This document shows positions 62,027 through 64,000 of a DNA stretch of 64,000 bases, in pieces (the first letter of the stretch is position 1; each line of letters opens with the position of its first letter). A program made the translations under genes and the position numbers. The stretch is taken from the NCBI GenBank assembly GCA_963665325.3, contig CAXXWS020000003.1:544001-608000 (forward strand), given 5' to 3'. The notes beneath the pieces are model-generated. The model made no database searches. It was given only the letters and a program-made list of their open reading frames with translations, and had not been told where the DNA came from. The stretch is from Alphaproteobacteria bacterium. Its GTDB lineage: Bacteria > Pseudomonadota > Alphaproteobacteria > Bin95.

Positions 62027-63100
62027 TCAGGTGATTGCGACCGGATTGCCGATCGAGCCGGTAGCGCCCTTGATCGGCAACGGCGCGAACACATAGACGA
62101 ACTGGTACGCCCCGTCGGCGATCAGGTCGTCGAAGACCAGGTTCTCATGGATGTAGATGCCGTTGCGGGTGATGAGCTCGTTATGAACCACGAACGCCTT
62201 CTTCGGGTCCGGGTTCGGCACCACCTCGACCGGCCAGGTGTCGCCGCCGACGAGGCACACGCCCTTGTCCACGAGGATCTTCGCGACATCCATGCCGATG
62301 CCGGGGCAACCGGAATTGAAGCGGTCGTTGTTCTTTATCCAGAGGTCGCCCCAGCCGGTGTTGAAGAACACCGCGTCGCCTTCCTTGATGTCGTCGAGCG
62401 ACATGCCCTGCGCCGCGAGCGCGGTATCGACATTGGCCGGCGTGATCTCGTTGCCGGCATCCCATGCCTGCTGCGGCTTCACATCGATCAGGTGGCCGCG
62501 GGTGAAGAACGGCTTGACATGCTCCATGCCGATCTTCTGGAGCCCGTAAGCGCCCTCGACCTCGGCCCCGGTGAAGCCGTTATAGTAGCGGTGGTCCGCC
62601 TTGTCCGTCGCCGAACCGACGATGGCGCCGATATGGCCGAGACCGTCGAACTGGGTGCCGACCTGGCCGATTTCGGTCGCGAGATATTCGTCGTTATAGA
62701 CGAGCATGTTATCGCCGAACGGCCCGCCCGTCGGGGCGCCGGGAATGCGGAGCGCGAAGCCGCGCGGCCCGAAGAAGGGAATGCTCGGCTCGTAATCCCG
62801 CCCGATACGGCGGACCTTGCCGTTCTTGATCCACTTGACCGCGTCGAGCGTCTTCTCCGGCGACATCCAGTTGGAGGCGCCGGCCTGGTCGCCCTCGCCC
62901 CAGCGCGACGGCCACCACTTCTCGCCGATGGGCGTCATGTGGCTGTCCGCCTTGGCTTCCTGGACGCTGCCGCCGGTCATCGCCGCGCCGGCGGCCGCCA
63001 CCGCGCCCGCGCCCACCGCGGCTGTGCGCATGAAACTCCGACGGTCCGGCGACTCGATGTCGGCCGTCTTCGGCAACGACTCGAACTTGCTGAAGATCAT
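62027..63100 (-). CDS. Tat-exported cyclase-family (kynurenine formamidase-like) metallohydrolase
   Basis: 'DRRSFMR' Tat motif; 'GTQFDGLGH', 'TGW', 'PGI', 'IHENL', 'GATGS'. Confidence 0.9.
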   Translation of the reverse strand: MIFSKFESLPKTADIESPDRRSFMRTAAVGAGAVAAAGAAMTGGSVQEAKADSHMTPIGEKWWPSRWGEGDQAGASNWMSPEKTLDAVKWIKNGKVRRIGRDYEPSIPFFGPRGFALRIPGAPTGGPFGDNMLVYNDEYLATEIGQVGTQFDGLGHIGAIVGSATDKADHRYYNGFTGAEVEGAYGLQKIGMEHVKPFFTRGHLIDVKPQQAWDAGNEITPANVDTALAAQGMSLDDIKEGDAVFFNTGWGDLWIKNNDRFNSGCPGIGMDVAKILVDKGVCLVGGDTWPVEVVPNPDPKKAFVVHNELITRNGIYIHENLVFDDLIADGAYQFVYVFAPLPIKGATGSIGNPVAIT

Positions 63101-63201
63101 GTGCCTCACTCCCCTTGCGGCTATTCCGGTAATTGTAGGACTGTATCCTGTGCCCGGGTTCGCCGGCAGGTCAAGACTGGACAACAAGAAAAGCGTTGCC
63201 G

Positions 63202-64000
63202 ATGAGTATTTTCGAAGCCCATGCGCCGGAGGCTCGCCTGCCGGTGACCGTGCTGACCGGCTTCCTCGGCAGCGGCAAGACCACCCTGCTGAACGCGCTC
63301 TTGCGCGACCCGGCCATGGCCGGCACGGCGGTGATCGTGAACGAGTTCGGCGACATCGCGCTCGACCATCTGCTGGTCGAGGCGGTGGATGGCGAGACCA
63401 TGGTGGTCAACGGCGGCTGCGTGTGCTGCCAGCTGCGCTCCGACCTGGAGGAGACCTTGCGCGACCTGCTGGCGCGCAGGCGCGACGGCGAGGTGCCGCC
63501 TTTCGAGCGCGTGGCGGTGGAGACGACGGGCCTCGCCGACCCGGCGCCGATCGCGCAGACGCTGCTGAACAACCCGCTGGTGTCGCGCTTCTACCGGCTG
63601 GACGGCATTGCGGCGACGGTGGACGGCGTGCTCGGGCCGGGCCATCTCGGCGAGCAGCCGGAAGCTGTGAAGCAGGTCGCGCTCGCCGACCGCATTATCG
63701 TGACCAAATGCGACCGGGACGACGCGACGCCGGAAGCGCTGGTCGAACTGCTGGATCGGCTGGCTCCCGGCGCGGAGCGGCGCGAGGCCGCAATGGGCGC
63801 GGTTTCGCCAGATTTCCTGTTCGGCCTCGACACGGCCGATGCCCGCTGGCTCGGTCTCGACGCCGAACAGGAGGACGGCCACGATCACGGGCACGACCAT
63901 GAGCACGGCCACGATCTCAGCGACATCGACACCGTGTCGCTGGTCTTCGAGGAGCCGATAGACTGGATGGCGTTCTCGCGCTGGCTCGCGGAGCTGCGCA
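63202..64000 (+). CDS. COG0523/CobW-family metallochaperone GTPase (runs off window)
   Basis: Hand translation: '[19 protein letters not shown]', 'VNEFG', 'GCVCC', 'ETTGLADP', His-rich [12 protein letters not shown]. Confidence 0.94.
   Translation, partial: MSIFEAHAPEARLPVTVLTGFLGSGKTTLLNALLRDPAMAGTAVIVNEFGDIALDHLLVEAVDGETMVVNGGCVCCQLRSDLEETLRDLLARRRDGEVPPFERVAVETTGLADPAPIAQTLLNNPLVSRFYRLDGIAATVDGVLGPGHLGEQPEAVKQVALADRIIVTKCDRDDATPEALVELLDRLAPGAERREAAMGAVSPDFLFGLDTADARWLGLDAEQEDGHDHGHDHEHGHDLSDIDTVSLVFEEPIDWMAFSRWLAELR

Overview
High-GC alphaproteobacterial chromosomal window. The lineage call rests on a two-piece permuted tmRNA, alpha-type SspB, a one-Cys DksA and the lspA-DUF3035 pair. About 2.2-22 kb is a mosaic accessory region. 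It holds a 1478-aa adhesin-like autotransporter, a molybdopterin oxidoreductase, a non-canonical Ddl-type ATP-grasp ligase with an unannotated basic peptide, a PAS-LuxR regulator, a multicopper oxidase/cytochrome c pair, TA modules, a frameshifted IS1595 element with passenger genes, IS5/IS3/IS630/HNH scraps and three pairs of dispersed 120-260 bp direct repeats. From 22 to 64 kb the window is mostly catabolic genes (a second TRAP system, TauD/TfdA, PrpD, hydratases, hydantoinase A) and core genes (folE, rplM-rpsI-argC, epmA, dksA, ileS-lspA, pgi-mutL, ssrA-sspB, class I fumarase, partial COG0523 GTPase). The best leads are: (1) a secreted 19-Cys CNPCKP-repeat mini-protein divergently paired with a secreted CxxC-bearing FGE-fold enzyme and converging on an AhpD-like gene; (2) a low-GC 114-aa ORF resembling a circularly permuted GIY-YIG nuclease; (3) three credible ORFs under 60 aa that the ORF track misses; (4) a 309-bp MITE inserted into the shared stop codons of two convergent genes. 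All family calls come from motifs recognised by eye; no searches were run.
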